Shown here: one piece after another, positions 33,777 to 42,342 of the stretch
How the letters are laid out: the number at the start of each line of letters is the position of its first letter
Numbering within the stretch: the stretch's first letter is position 1
Program-made: the position numbers and the translations under genes
IMG/VR virus record: IMGVR_UViG_3300044904_000102
Span: 1,729 to 65,728 of that record
From: a virus
Lineage: Duplodnaviria > Caudoviricetes
Strand: one strand, 5' to 3'
DNA: 64,000 nucleotides
The notes under the pieces: generated by a model
The model's input: only the letters and a program-made list of their open reading frames with translations
The model's database searches: none
What the model was told of the DNA's origin: nothing

Positions 33777-34970
33777 ATGAGCGTATGCCTAAACATGATC
33801 GTGCGAAACGAGGCACCGCGTATCGCGCGCGCGCTTGCTTCGGTGCGCCCTCTGATCGACGGATGGGTGATCGTAGACACTGGCTCGACGGACGGCACGC
33901 AGAAGTTGGTGACAGATTTTCTGGCCGAGTTGCCCGGGGCGCTTTACGAAGAGCCGTGGCAAGATTTCGAGACAAATAGAAATTCGGCGCTTGCGAACGC
34001 GAAAGCCTTTGCCGGGCCGGATGATTTCATTTTGTTCATGGACGCGGACGATGTCCTTGTGAGCGTTGATCCCGAGCCCGTGTTCACGCGAGGGCCGGGA
34101 GCGGACTGCTACGAAATCGAGGAGCATGACGCTAACCTGCGATTTTGGAGACCGTGCATCGTGCGCGCCTCGCTGCCCTGGCGCTGGGTGGGCAAGACCC
34201 ATGAGTGCCTATGCTGCGATGCGGCGACGCGGACCGAACGGTTGCGTGGCATCTACCGGCAACGGGGATCCAAGACGCCGGAGCAAAGCCGCGCCAAGCT
34301 CGAGCGGGATCTTTCCATCCTGACGGAAGCCGTGCTCCTCGCGCCGCAGGACGCGCGCTCGCGATTCTATCTCGCGCAGACCTACAAGGACCTGGGGCAG
34401 CGCGAGGCAGCCTTGATAAACTACGAGGCGCGGGTGCGCATGCCAGGCTGGGAAGAAGAAAGCTGGTGGGCGCAATACGAGACGGCCATACTGCTCGAGC
34501 AGCTTCAAAGACCAGCGGCGGAAGTTCTGATGGGATATCTGGGCTGTTATGAGCGGCGACCGACGCGGGCGGAGCCGCTGGTACAGACGGCGCGTTATTG
34601 CCGGGTGGCGAAAATGCACCACGCGGCGCTGCTATTCTCGCAGCAGGCCATCCAGATCAAGCGTCCCGCCGACCGGCTCTTCGTGGATGAAAATGTTTAT
34701 CAGTGGCGGGCGCTGGACGAGTTCTCGATCAACGCTTACTGGTCCGGGCTTTACCAATCATCGGCGGCGACCTGTCGAATGCTTTTGGGCGGGATCGCTC
34801 CGGAGAGCGAGCACGGGCGAATCGCTCAAAACCTGAAGTTTGCCGAGGATCGGCTGCGCGAGCGAGCGCTCGTGACGGGGCATGACAGGGCGGCCACGTT
34901 GTCTAAATCGGGGCTCCCGGAGGCTCCAAAGGGTATCGCGGCGGGGGAGCCTCCCGCGAGCGGAATTTAG
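33777..34970 (+). CDS. GT2 glycosyltransferase with TPR repeats
   Basis: SVCLNMIVRNEA, IVDTGSTDGT, ILFMDADD, WVGKTHE, ARSRFYLAQTYKDLG, PTRAEPL. Confidence 0.9.
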   Translation: MSVCLNMIVRNEAPRIARALASVRPLIDGWVIVDTGSTDGTQKLVTDFLAELPGALYEEPWQDFETNRNSALANAKAFAGPDDFILFMDADDVLVSVDPEPVFTRGPGADCYEIEEHDANLRFWRPCIVRASLPWRWVGKTHECLCCDAATRTERLRGIYRQRGSKTPEQSRAKLERDLSILTEAVLLAPQDARSRFYLAQTYKDLGQREAALINYEARVRMPGWEEESWWAQYETAILLEQLQRPAAEVLMGYLGCYERRPTRAEPLVQTARYCRVAKMHHAALLFSQQAIQIKRPADRLFVDENVYQWRALDEFSINAYWSGLYQSSAATCRMLLGGIAPESEHGRIAQNLKFAEDRLRERALVTGHDRAATLSKSGLPEAPKGIAAGEPPASGI

Positions 34971-34996
34971 CGCGTGGCGCGGCGCGCCTATGGGCT

Positions 34997-35647
34997 TCAT
35001 GTTGGCAGTTCCGGGACGTAAATGATCTTATCTTTGGTTGCGATGGCAAAATGATCAGATTTGCTGTGATCTCCGGCTCTCGTGCGGAAGTGGACGCCAC
35101 CGCCCATCTTGACGTAGCCAGCGCGGACTTCAATTTTCAGGATACCTGCTTCCCGCAAGATCACCAGATCGCAAGGGGCATTTGGACTCATCGCGCGATA
35201 AACAGCAAAACCCCTGGTCATCAGATCCACTGCCACACGCAATTCGGAAACGGATCCCGAAGTCGATGTCGAGAGCCCTGGATACAGAGGCTTAAGATTG
35301 GAGTGAGAGCGCGTGTTGCCACGACAAGTGGCACTGCAATATTCCGCTCGGGGAGTGCCGATGAATTCATTTCCGCAACCTGCACATTTTCGTGTAATCA
35401 GGCGTTTTTGATAGATCCTCTGTTTCGATTGTTCCTCGGTGGGGATAGGGCAGCGTGGGACCCTTGGGTGAAGAACGCTATACAATTCCCTCTTGCGCTT
35501 ATTCCTTGCGATCTGCGCGTTCCTCCTACATCTAAGGCTACAGTATTTGACACTGCAACAGCCTCGACTGTACGAACCCCGCGAAGCTGGGATTGGACTC
35601 TTGCAACGTGCACAAAATCGGGAATGGCTTACAATAGGTGCGGTCAT
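34997..35647 (-). CDS. Free-standing PD-(D/E)XK homing endonuclease with N-terminal Zn fingers
   Basis: CARC..YCSLRC, CAGC..YCSATC; GSVSELRVAVDLMTRGFAVY..PCDLVI..KIEVR; AAGGAG SD. Confidence 0.82.
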   Translation of the reverse strand: MTAPIVSHSRFCARCKSPIPASRGSYSRGCCSVKYCSLRCRRNAQIARNKRKRELYSVLHPRVPRCPIPTEEQSKQRIYQKRLITRKCAGCGNEFIGTPRAEYCSATCRGNTRSHSNLKPLYPGLSTSTSGSVSELRVAVDLMTRGFAVYRAMSPNAPCDLVILREAGILKIEVRAGYVKMGGGVHFRTRAGDHSKSDHFAIATKDKIIYVPELPT

Positions 35648-35748
35648 GGGCTGCTCCTTCAGTCTGTGACTTGGGCCTGTGGGAGCGGCAGCTCTCATGG
35701 GCCCTATAAATATGATACTAGCCCTCTTTTCCGGGGTGAGACAGAGCC

Positions 35749-36231
35749 ATGACCTTCAAACACTTCTTGCGGCGCGTGGATTTCATCACCAATGATGCCT
35801 TCAGACTGATCGGTGATTTCATAAATGTAGTGACGGGCGACATGCTCTTCGAGATATTCGCCTGGTTTGCGGTCTTCGTGATCGTGATCGGAACAGTCCT
35901 TCGCTCTTCCGCACACAACATGCCCGTATCGCAGCAGGGCGGCATGGCCCAGGCAATGCAGATAGGCGCGATGACCGCGCGCGAGGAGGAATACGAGAAG
36001 CGACTCGACAGGGTTGACGCGGAGATCGACACGCTCAGAGCGGCCGACGATGCGATCCGGGTTGCGCATGCGAGCCTGGCCGCGGGGCAGAAAGAAATCG
36101 AGAAAACGCTTGATCGGCTGACCGGCGCGATTCTGCTGGGCGTCCTTGCCGTCTTCGGACGCCTGGGGCATTCCATCTGGACGCAGATCCTCGACAAGCG
36201 CAGACAACGCGGCAGGTCGCGCAACACATGA
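35749..36231 (+). CDS. Membrane/coiled-coil protein of the lysis region (start uncertain)
   Basis: TM-coiled coil-TM layout before holin. Confidence 0.55.
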   Translation: MTFKHFLRRVDFITNDAFRLIGDFINVVTGDMLFEIFAWFAVFVIVIGTVLRSSAHNMPVSQQGGMAQAMQIGAMTAREEEYEKRLDRVDAEIDTLRAADDAIRVAHASLAAGQKEIEKTLDRLTGAILLGVLAVFGRLGHSIWTQILDKRRQRGRSRNT

Positions 36232-36248
36232 ACGCCGGAGGATGACGC

Positions 36249-36509
36249 ATGGGATTCTCGCTCAAGACGATAACCGACAAATTGCAGGGAAGGACGACGA
36301 TGTTCCTCGTCGCCTTCTTCGGCATGGGTCATGCGCTCGCCTTCCTGCACCGGCTCGACACCACATATATCACGTTTCTAACGGTCTTCATGGGATATGT
36401 GGTCGGCAAGGGATATTCCGATGATAAGCACGAACAGAACATGGCCCTGATCAACCAGCAGGGCGGGCCTCCAATTGGCGGCCAGCCACCAGGCGGGGTG
36501 AATCCATGA
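36249..36509 (+). CDS. Putative holin
   Basis: Two TM segments; GGAGG SD; ATGA-coupled to endolysin. Confidence 0.6.
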   Translation: MGFSLKTITDKLQGRTTMFLVAFFGMGHALAFLHRLDTTYITFLTVFMGYVVGKGYSDDKHEQNMALINQQGGPPIGGQPPGGVNP

Positions 36510-37009
36510 ACCTGCAATTGAAGCGATGCGAACGAAGCGAGGACGACAAGGCGACCATCGGCAATCTCTTTGTGGACGGCACTCGAGAGTGCTGGACGCT
36601 GGAAGACAAGGTGCGGGAGATTCTCAACCAGCCAGTCGAGACCTGGAAGATCGCCGGCGTGACGGCTATTCCCTGCGGCATATTTCCGGTCGTGATCGAT
36701 TTCTCGCCGAAGTTCAACCGCATGATGCTGCACATCCTGAACGTGCCCGGCTTCTCCGGAGTCCGCATCCACAGCGGCAACAGGGACACAGACACGGAAG
36801 GCTGTGTGCTGGTCGGGCAAATGCATCCCGGGCACGTGGATTTCATCGGCGGTTCGCGCTTGGCGCTCGACGCCCTGACGCGAAAGATTGAGCCGGTCCT
36901 AGGCCTGGAGCGGCGCATTGTGAACGCGGACGGCTTTGTGCTAGAGTATGACCAAGTCAGACCGCCGCAGGACGTGGTGATCTCGATCACGAACGAATTC
37001 ACGATCTGA
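36506..37009 (+). CDS. Putative endolysin, DUF5675 family
   Basis: TIGNLFVDG..CWTLED..KIAGVTAIPCG..VPGFSGVRIHSGN..DTEGCVLVG. Confidence 0.85.
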   Translation: MNLQLKRCERSEDDKATIGNLFVDGTRECWTLEDKVREILNQPVETWKIAGVTAIPCGIFPVVIDFSPKFNRMMLHILNVPGFSGVRIHSGNRDTDTEGCVLVGQMHPGHVDFIGGSRLALDALTRKIEPVLGLERRIVNADGFVLEYDQVRPPQDVVISITNEFTI

Positions 37010-37017
37010 GGTAAGTC

Positions 37018-37788
37018 ATGAGCACCGGTACCGCCCTTCCGACTCCGCCCAAGGTGGTGGTGAACGAAGCGCAGGTCATAGAGAAAGACATCAAAGTGGC
37101 CTGGGCGTTTGGCGTTTCGCATCTCATGTTGATAGGCCTGCTGGCGCTGGCGCTGGTGGGCTGCTGCTTACTGTGGGCGAGCAAGTCGGCTGATCGGGCA
37201 GACGCACGGGCCGCCCTTGCGAATGCCCTGTCTGCGCAGAAGGACAAAGATAACGTCGCGATCCAGAAGACAAACGCTGACATTCAGGCGCAGTGGGCGC
37301 GCGACAGGGCCGAGCTTCAAGGCGAGGTTTCCTCGCTGGCTTCCGCCGTCGCGAAGCGGGACAACACTTTCCAGCAGCACGCGACAACCATCCCGAATCT
37401 TGCTCCTCCAGCCCTGGCGCTGGAATGGGGGAAGGCGGCCGGCGAGCCGGCGCCAAGCGTGGACGTGTCAGGAAACGCCATCGTGCCCTTGCCCTTGGCG
37501 CAGAAGAGCGTGATCGCCCTCGAGCTGGTGCCCGTGCTTCAGCAGGATAAGAAAGACCTGCAAGCGGCCGCCGGGAAAGATGCGCAAATCATATCGAACG
37601 ATTCCGCCGCGCTCGGCAAAGAACAGGCCGCCCATGTTTCCGACAACGGCGCCTGCACGGCGGACAAGAACACCCTGAAAGCCGACCTGGAGCAAGTGAA
37701 GGCGGATGCGCGCAAGAGCAAGATCCGTTGGTTCCTATACGGAGTGGGCGCCGGCATCGGGGCCACCATCGCGTTCGTCCTGAGATGA
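37018..37788 (+). CDS. Spanin-like coiled-coil protein with N- and C-terminal hydrophobic segments
   Basis: Follows endolysin; TM near the N-terminus, coiled coil, C-terminal WFLYGVGAGIGATIAFVL. Confidence 0.6.
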   Translation: MSTGTALPTPPKVVVNEAQVIEKDIKVAWAFGVSHLMLIGLLALALVGCCLLWASKSADRADARAALANALSAQKDKDNVAIQKTNADIQAQWARDRAELQGEVSSLASAVAKRDNTFQQHATTIPNLAPPALALEWGKAAGEPAPSVDVSGNAIVPLPLAQKSVIALELVPVLQQDKKDLQAAAGKDAQIISNDSAALGKEQAAHVSDNGACTADKNTLKADLEQVKADARKSKIRWFLYGVGAGIGATIAFVLR

Positions 37789-37834
37789 TTCGCCGCGCGC
37801 AGGCGCGGGAGAACGGAAGAAGGAGCCGGGAATC

Positions 37835-38410
37835 ATGGTGATCGCCGTGATAAGGAACGACCAGTGGCAGCGCCTTCTCGATCGGCTCGACAGGCTCGCC
37901 AAGCTCGCCCAAGAAACCCTTGAGGTCAACAAGGCCATCCTGAAGGCTCTGACCGAGCCGAACAGGATCGCCAGCATCCGGTTCGGTGGAGGAAAAACCA
38001 ACATGTCTCTTACTTTGCCAGTCGGGCAAACCGACAAATATTATCTGACCCTGCAGGACGCCGCGGGAGATTATCTGACCGCGCTCGATCCCGGGGAAAC
38101 CGTGGCGGTCGTGTCTGCAGACCCCGCAACGATTCTCATCACGCCGGATGCAACGCCGGCGCAGGACCCTGATCAGGGCGCTCCGGCCACCGTGGCCAGC
38201 GGAACGATCAGCATCCCGATTCCGCCTGGCGCGCCCAACAAGCCGATCACGATCACGGCCACCTTCACGCTTTCGGATGGCACGACCGTGGACGCGACGG
38301 TGAGCGACACCGTGACGGCCTCGAACGCAGGCGGCCGCAAGGCCGGGATCCTGTTCGGGACGCCGACGCCGTTGCAAAGCTCTTCGGCGAACGTCCCGCC
38401 CGCAGCCTGA
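37835..38410 (+). CDS. Hypothetical Ig-like beta protein (alternative start 38003)
   Basis: Thr/Val-rich beta strands; GGAGG SD before 38003. Confidence 0.55.
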   Translation: MVIAVIRNDQWQRLLDRLDRLAKLAQETLEVNKAILKALTEPNRIASIRFGGGKTNMSLTLPVGQTDKYYLTLQDAAGDYLTALDPGETVAVVSADPATILITPDATPAQDPDQGAPATVASGTISIPIPPGAPNKPITITATFTLSDGTTVDATVSDTVTASNAGGRKAGILFGTPTPLQSSSANVPPAA

Positions 38411-38500
38411 TCGGGAAGTTCAACCGCGAAACGGCACGCGAGATCGAGCCGCGACACTCCGGAGAGACGGAGGCAAATTCTCGCAATGAAGGAGCTCGAC

Positions 38501-38893
38501 ATGAAAAAGACTTTTCTCGCCATCGCGTTTCTGGTGCTTGCCTTGTTCGTAGTCCCTTCCTTCGCGCAGGCGCAGCAGCAGAAAGCGACGAAGCAACTAA
38601 GCTTGACCGTTGCGGCGCAGCTTGCGATCACAACCGCTTCGCCTTTGCCGGCCGCAGCCGTGGGAGTGGCCTATAGCCAGCAGCTTGTTTCCACCGGAGG
38701 CACCGGCGCCATAACGTGGGGGCTGACGGTGGGTGCGGCGTTGCCCGCGGGCATGACGCTTTCGACGGCAGGACTGCTTGCAGGAACGCCGACGACAGGC
38801 GGGACATTCGTGTTCTCCGTGACGGCAACGGATTCAGGAGGACAGACTAGCAGTCTCCAGATTGATCCAAGTAAGGTCGTAGCCTCGAAATGA
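38501..38893 (+). CDS. Secreted putative Ig (He_PIG-like) domain protein
   Basis: Signal peptide; LAITTASPLPAAAVGVAYSQQL..GG..LPAGMTLS..GLLAGTPT..GTFVFSVTATDS. Confidence 0.85.
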   Translation: MKKTFLAIAFLVLALFVVPSFAQAQQQKATKQLSLTVAAQLAITTASPLPAAAVGVAYSQQLVSTGGTGAITWGLTVGAALPAGMTLSTAGLLAGTPTTGGTFVFSVTATDSGGQTSSLQIDPSKVVASK

Positions 38894-39237
38894 AGCTGAA
38901 ATTCCTTGGCGCGGCGCTGCTGTGCTTGGCAGCCGTGGTGCAGGCGCAGCAGCAAACGGTAACGGCGCAGTTGACGCTCGCCGTCAATCATTGGGTGGAG
39001 CTAAGCTGGACGGCTTCACCCACTCCGGGAGTAGTCGGTTATAAGCTGTATCGAAGCAAGACTCCCGGCGGCCCGTACCTGCTGGCGAACGGCACGATCA
39101 TCAAGGGCGTTCGCTTCAACGACGTATCCGTGCTCGCAGGCGAGAAATGGTGCTACGTTGTTGCCGCCGTCGCCTCCGATGGAATCACTGAGAGCGATCA
39201 CTCGAACGAGGCTTGCGCAACGCTTCCAACGCCGTGA
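38890..39237 (+). CDS. Secreted fibronectin type III domain protein
   Basis: Signal peptide; HWVELSWTASPTPGVVGYKLYRS..GGPY..YVVAAV..ESDHSNEA. Confidence 0.85.
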   Translation: MKLKFLGAALLCLAAVVQAQQQTVTAQLTLAVNHWVELSWTASPTPGVVGYKLYRSKTPGGPYLLANGTIIKGVRFNDVSVLAGEKWCYVVAAVASDGITESDHSNEACATLPTP

Positions 39238-39363
39238 AAGACTAATTTGTAAAGCCGAGGAACGGCTGCAGGGCCGTTTCTTCCCGCGCATCAATCCATC
39301 AAAAGCCGCTAAAATCCTCAAATTCCCCCTAAGTGTTTGATTACACGCCGAATATAGTTGTGC

Positions 39364-39385
39364 GAATAGTACCTTGGTACTATTC
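39364..39385. promoter_or_regulatory. Perfect inverted repeat (operator-like) in AT-rich early promoter region
   Basis: gaatagtacc-tt-ggtactattc. Confidence 0.6.
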
Positions 39386-39456
39386 CAATTCTCTTTGGGT
39401 TATGTAATACTATTTCATAGTAAGAAGGGATTGAATTCCAAGGGGAGGAAACGACG

Positions 39457-39825
39457 ATGATCAGCAGATGGTTTTACCTCACAGGGCTCGCGGTATTCGT
39501 CTCATGTGCGGCGTTAACCAAGGCCCAAGAAGCTCCAGCCACAGTTCACATCGTCTCGGCAAGGCTGGAATCGCGGCAGGAGGTTGTCGCGCAGGGCCAG
39601 ATGAAGGGCTTCATGGACATGCGCTTTCAGTTCACGCTCTACACTGCCAAAACTGGCAACGTGGTCTATGGTCTGGAATCGGCGGACATCCGCAGGCCGC
39701 AAGTTGGGAAGGATTACGAGGTCCGGCAGGCTACGGCGACCAAAATGGTGCTGATGATCCCAGGCAAGAAGCACGCCGACTCGATCACCTTCTCCATCCG
39801 ATCGGTTTCTGAAGTCGAGAAATAA
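39457..39825 (+). CDS. Secreted/periplasmic hypothetical protein
   Basis: Signal peptide; strong SD. Confidence 0.65.
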   Translation: MISRWFYLTGLAVFVSCAALTKAQEAPATVHIVSARLESRQEVVAQGQMKGFMDMRFQFTLYTAKTGNVVYGLESADIRRPQVGKDYEVRQATATKMVLMIPGKKHADSITFSIRSVSEVEK

Positions 39826-39844
39826 AAATAGCAGGAGGCGAATC

Positions 39845-40063
39845 ATGGCAAGGAAAGCAATCTATGAAGGTGGCGCAATGCTGGTTTGGCCGCTGCGGAT
39901 ACCTGCGGCAATGAAGAAGCAGCTTGAGGATCTGGCGAGGGCCGACCAGCGCGAGGTCACCAACTACGTACGGGTGGTCCTGGCGAATCACATTCGTGCG
40001 GCAGAGAAAGGCCGCGTAGAGGCCGAGAAAGGCAAGACCAAAGTCATGCGGATGGACGGCTGA
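39845..40063 (+). CDS. Ribbon-helix-helix DNA-binding protein
   Basis: WPLRIPAAMKKQLEDLARADQREVTNYVRVVL. Confidence 0.75.
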   Translation: MARKAIYEGGAMLVWPLRIPAAMKKQLEDLARADQREVTNYVRVVLANHIRAAEKGRVEAEKGKTKVMRMDG

Positions 40064-40091
40064 ATGTTCAAACGGAAAGGGGGAAAAGACA

Positions 40092-40295
40092 ATGTTTAAT
40101 CCAGATAACGAACGAACGGTTGTGATGGCTGGAGGAAGATACCTTGGGACAACCCGGGAAGGCGGCGAGAGTTTGGTTTGGTTTAACGATCCCATCGGCT
40201 CGACGCTGGTGGTCCCGGAAGAAGGGCTGACCGAGGAGATCGTCAGGCAACGGCTTGCAGAATCCGACGCAAAATGGCAGCCCAAGGCGGCGTGA
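40092..40295 (+). CDS. Hypothetical protein
   Basis: Strong SD; operon context. Confidence 0.6.
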   Translation: MFNPDNERTVVMAGGRYLGTTREGGESLVWFNDPIGSTLVVPEEGLTEEIVRQRLAESDAKWQPKAA

Positions 40296-40312
40296 ATTAG
40301 GGGGGGGATCAC

Positions 40313-41563
40313 ATGGAAACAGACAACTCAGAACAGATTGAGGCCGCGTGCGTCGAGATGACCGCCCTGCTGATCAATAGCTGGATTCGGACGGATCAGG
40401 ACTCCGAGTTTCGGCCGCTGGCCATGCCGCCCAGAAAACCCATGCGTAAGACGTTCAAATATCGGCTATTCACGACACGCCTCCAAGAAGCGGCCTTGGA
40501 AGAACAGCTTGGTGAGGCTTGCCGCCTCTACAACGCTGCGCTCCAAGAGCGTCGGGATGCCTACAAGACCTGCCGCAAGTCGCTTAACTATTATGACCAA
40601 GCCAACCAGCTTCGGGAGATACGTGCGGCCAAGAATAGCGGTCTGACGAATTACTCCTGCTCTCAGGACGTGCTTCGCCGTGTGGATAAGGCGTTCAAAG
40701 CGTTCTTTCGCAGGGTAAAGCTTGGCCAGAATCCCGGCTATCCGAGATTCAAGTCCCGCCGCAGGTTCGACAGCATCACCTTTCCCTCCTACGGAGATGG
40801 TATTCGGCTGAAGGAGAAGATGCTCAGGGTGCAGGGAATCGGGAACATCAAGGTCAAGCTCCACCGACCTCTTATTGGAACTGTCAAGACTGCCACGCTC
40901 AAGCGGGAATGTGAGAAGTGGTTTGTGTGCTTCTCCGTGGAGTATCAAGCCCAACCGCTTCCTCCTCTTTCCAACGAGATTGGGATTGATGTGGGTCTGG
41001 CGGATTTCGCCACCCTGTCCAACGGCAAGTCGATTCCCAACCCCCGATTCTACAAACTCGCCGAGCCGAAACTTCGGCGTGCTCAGCGCAAGGTTGCTCG
41101 GCGTAAGAAGGGTTCCAACCGTCGCCGCAAGGCGGTAGCCCTGCTTCAGAAAGTACATGCTCGAATCAAAAATCAGCGCAACGAGTTTCAGCACAAGTTC
41201 TCGTTCTGGCTGGTCAGGAACTTTGGGACGATTGCGATAGAGCATCTGAACGTCAAGGGCTTGGCGGCTGGTACGCTTTCCAAGTCGGTTCACGATGTGG
41301 CTTGGGCTGCCTTTTTCTCCAAGCTTGCGTACAAAGCTGAAAATGCTGGTCGCAGGCTGATAGCGGTAAACCCAAGCGGAACGAGCCAGACATGCCTGTG
41401 CGGGGCGAAGGTGCGGAAGACGCTCTCGGATAGGGAGCACGTCTGCACGACCTGCGGACTGATTGCGCCTCGTGATGTGGTGTCTGCTCAAGTAATACTC
41501 CAACGGGCTCGGATAAGCCCTTCAAGTGTTAACGCAAGCGTAGTAGAGCTAAGCGTAGCTTGA
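40313..41563 (+). CDS. tnpB: IS200/IS605-family RNA-guided nuclease TnpB (canonical start 40442)
   Basis: MRKTFKYRL, GYPRFKSRRR, IGIDVGL (D), IAIEHLNVKG (E), TSQTCLCG..HVCTTCG..RDVVSA (D). Confidence 0.95.
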   Translation: METDNSEQIEAACVEMTALLINSWIRTDQDSEFRPLAMPPRKPMRKTFKYRLFTTRLQEAALEEQLGEACRLYNAALQERRDAYKTCRKSLNYYDQANQLREIRAAKNSGLTNYSCSQDVLRRVDKAFKAFFRRVKLGQNPGYPRFKSRRRFDSITFPSYGDGIRLKEKMLRVQGIGNIKVKLHRPLIGTVKTATLKRECEKWFVCFSVEYQAQPLPPLSNEIGIDVGLADFATLSNGKSIPNPRFYKLAEPKLRRAQRKVARRKKGSNRRRKAVALLQKVHARIKNQRNEFQHKFSFWLVRNFGTIAIEHLNVKGLAAGTLSKSVHDVAWAAFFSKLAYKAENAGRRLIAVNPSGTSQTCLCGAKVRKTLSDREHVCTTCGLIAPRDVVSAQVILQRARISPSSVNASVVELSVA

Positions 41564-41596
41564 GAAGCCGTCGCCTTTAGGCGACGGAGAAGTCAC
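41560..41596 (+). mobile_element. IS200/IS605 right end / omegaRNA 3' scaffold
   Basis: gaagccgtcgcctttaggcgacggagaagTCAC: subterminal hairpin followed by TCAC. Confidence 0.8.
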
Positions 41597-41694
41597 CAGC
41601 TCTCGGACCGTTGCCAGCGCAACCGACGGCCTGAGAGCCGTGCCGGAGCGGGATCTCCGGCAGACGATAAATCAAAACAAGGGAGGAAACACAC

Positions 41695-41910
41695 ATGGAC
41701 GTAATCAACTTTTTGGCAAGCGGGATCATTTTCTTCTTGTGCGTGGTGCTCTTCATCTTCTTCATCGTACGCGTCGTTAAGTTGGCCTCGCGGACGGTGG
41801 ACCGGCAGCAGGCGGTGAAGGCCGCACGGCCTGCGGCGCCTCCTGTGCATCGTTGCACAGGCGCGCGATTCTGCATCGTCTGCGGCTATCCGATGGGCAA
41901 ACAATACTAG
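41695..41910 (+). CDS. Small TM protein with C-terminal Cys cluster
   Basis: TM helix; HRC..FCIVCG; GGAGG SD. Confidence 0.6.
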   Translation: MDVINFLASGIIFFLCVVLFIFFIVRVVKLASRTVDRQQAVKAARPAAPPVHRCTGARFCIVCGYPMGKQY

Positions 41911-42080
41911 CACCCCGCGCCGTGGCGGAATCCACCTACTTTTTTGTCTTCAAATGAAGAGGCGGCCGAGCAGGGGATGGGCCCGCTCGACCGCCAAAGG
42001 GGGAAACACGCATTGTTGATACCACCGATTGCACACCGGCTGCAACCGAAAAATAATCCTATCCCCCAGAGATTAATCTC

Positions 42081-42110
42081 TTGACTTCGCTTAGTATCTT
42101 AAGGTACTTT
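42081..42110 (+). promoter_or_regulatory. Putative sigma70 promoter of the recombination/replication operon
   Basis: TTGACT-18 nt-TACTTT in an AT-rich gap. Confidence 0.5.
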
Positions 42111-42128
42111 ATGCGGCAAGGAGAAAAC

Positions 42129-42278
42129 ATGCCAAGCAAAACAGTATTTCTGAATTTCCCACTGGATCCCGAATTGCGGAAAGCATTGAAGATTGCAGCC
42201 GCAAAACGGGGCGCCAAAATGCACGTTCTCATCACGGAAATTCTGGAGCGATTTGTCAAAGAGGATTCCAAGAAGTAG
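42129..42278 (+). CDS. Ribbon-helix-helix (ParG/CopG-like) regulator
   Basis: VFLNFPLDPELRKALKIAAAKRGAKMHVLITEILERF; AAGGAG SD. Confidence 0.8.
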   Translation: MPSKTVFLNFPLDPELRKALKIAAAKRGAKMHVLITEILERFVKEDSKK

Positions 42279-42342
42279 CGAGCGGACGGCTGAACCCCGC
42301 CAGGGGTGAGAGCGCCCAACACGCCCAAAGGGGAGAACACAC

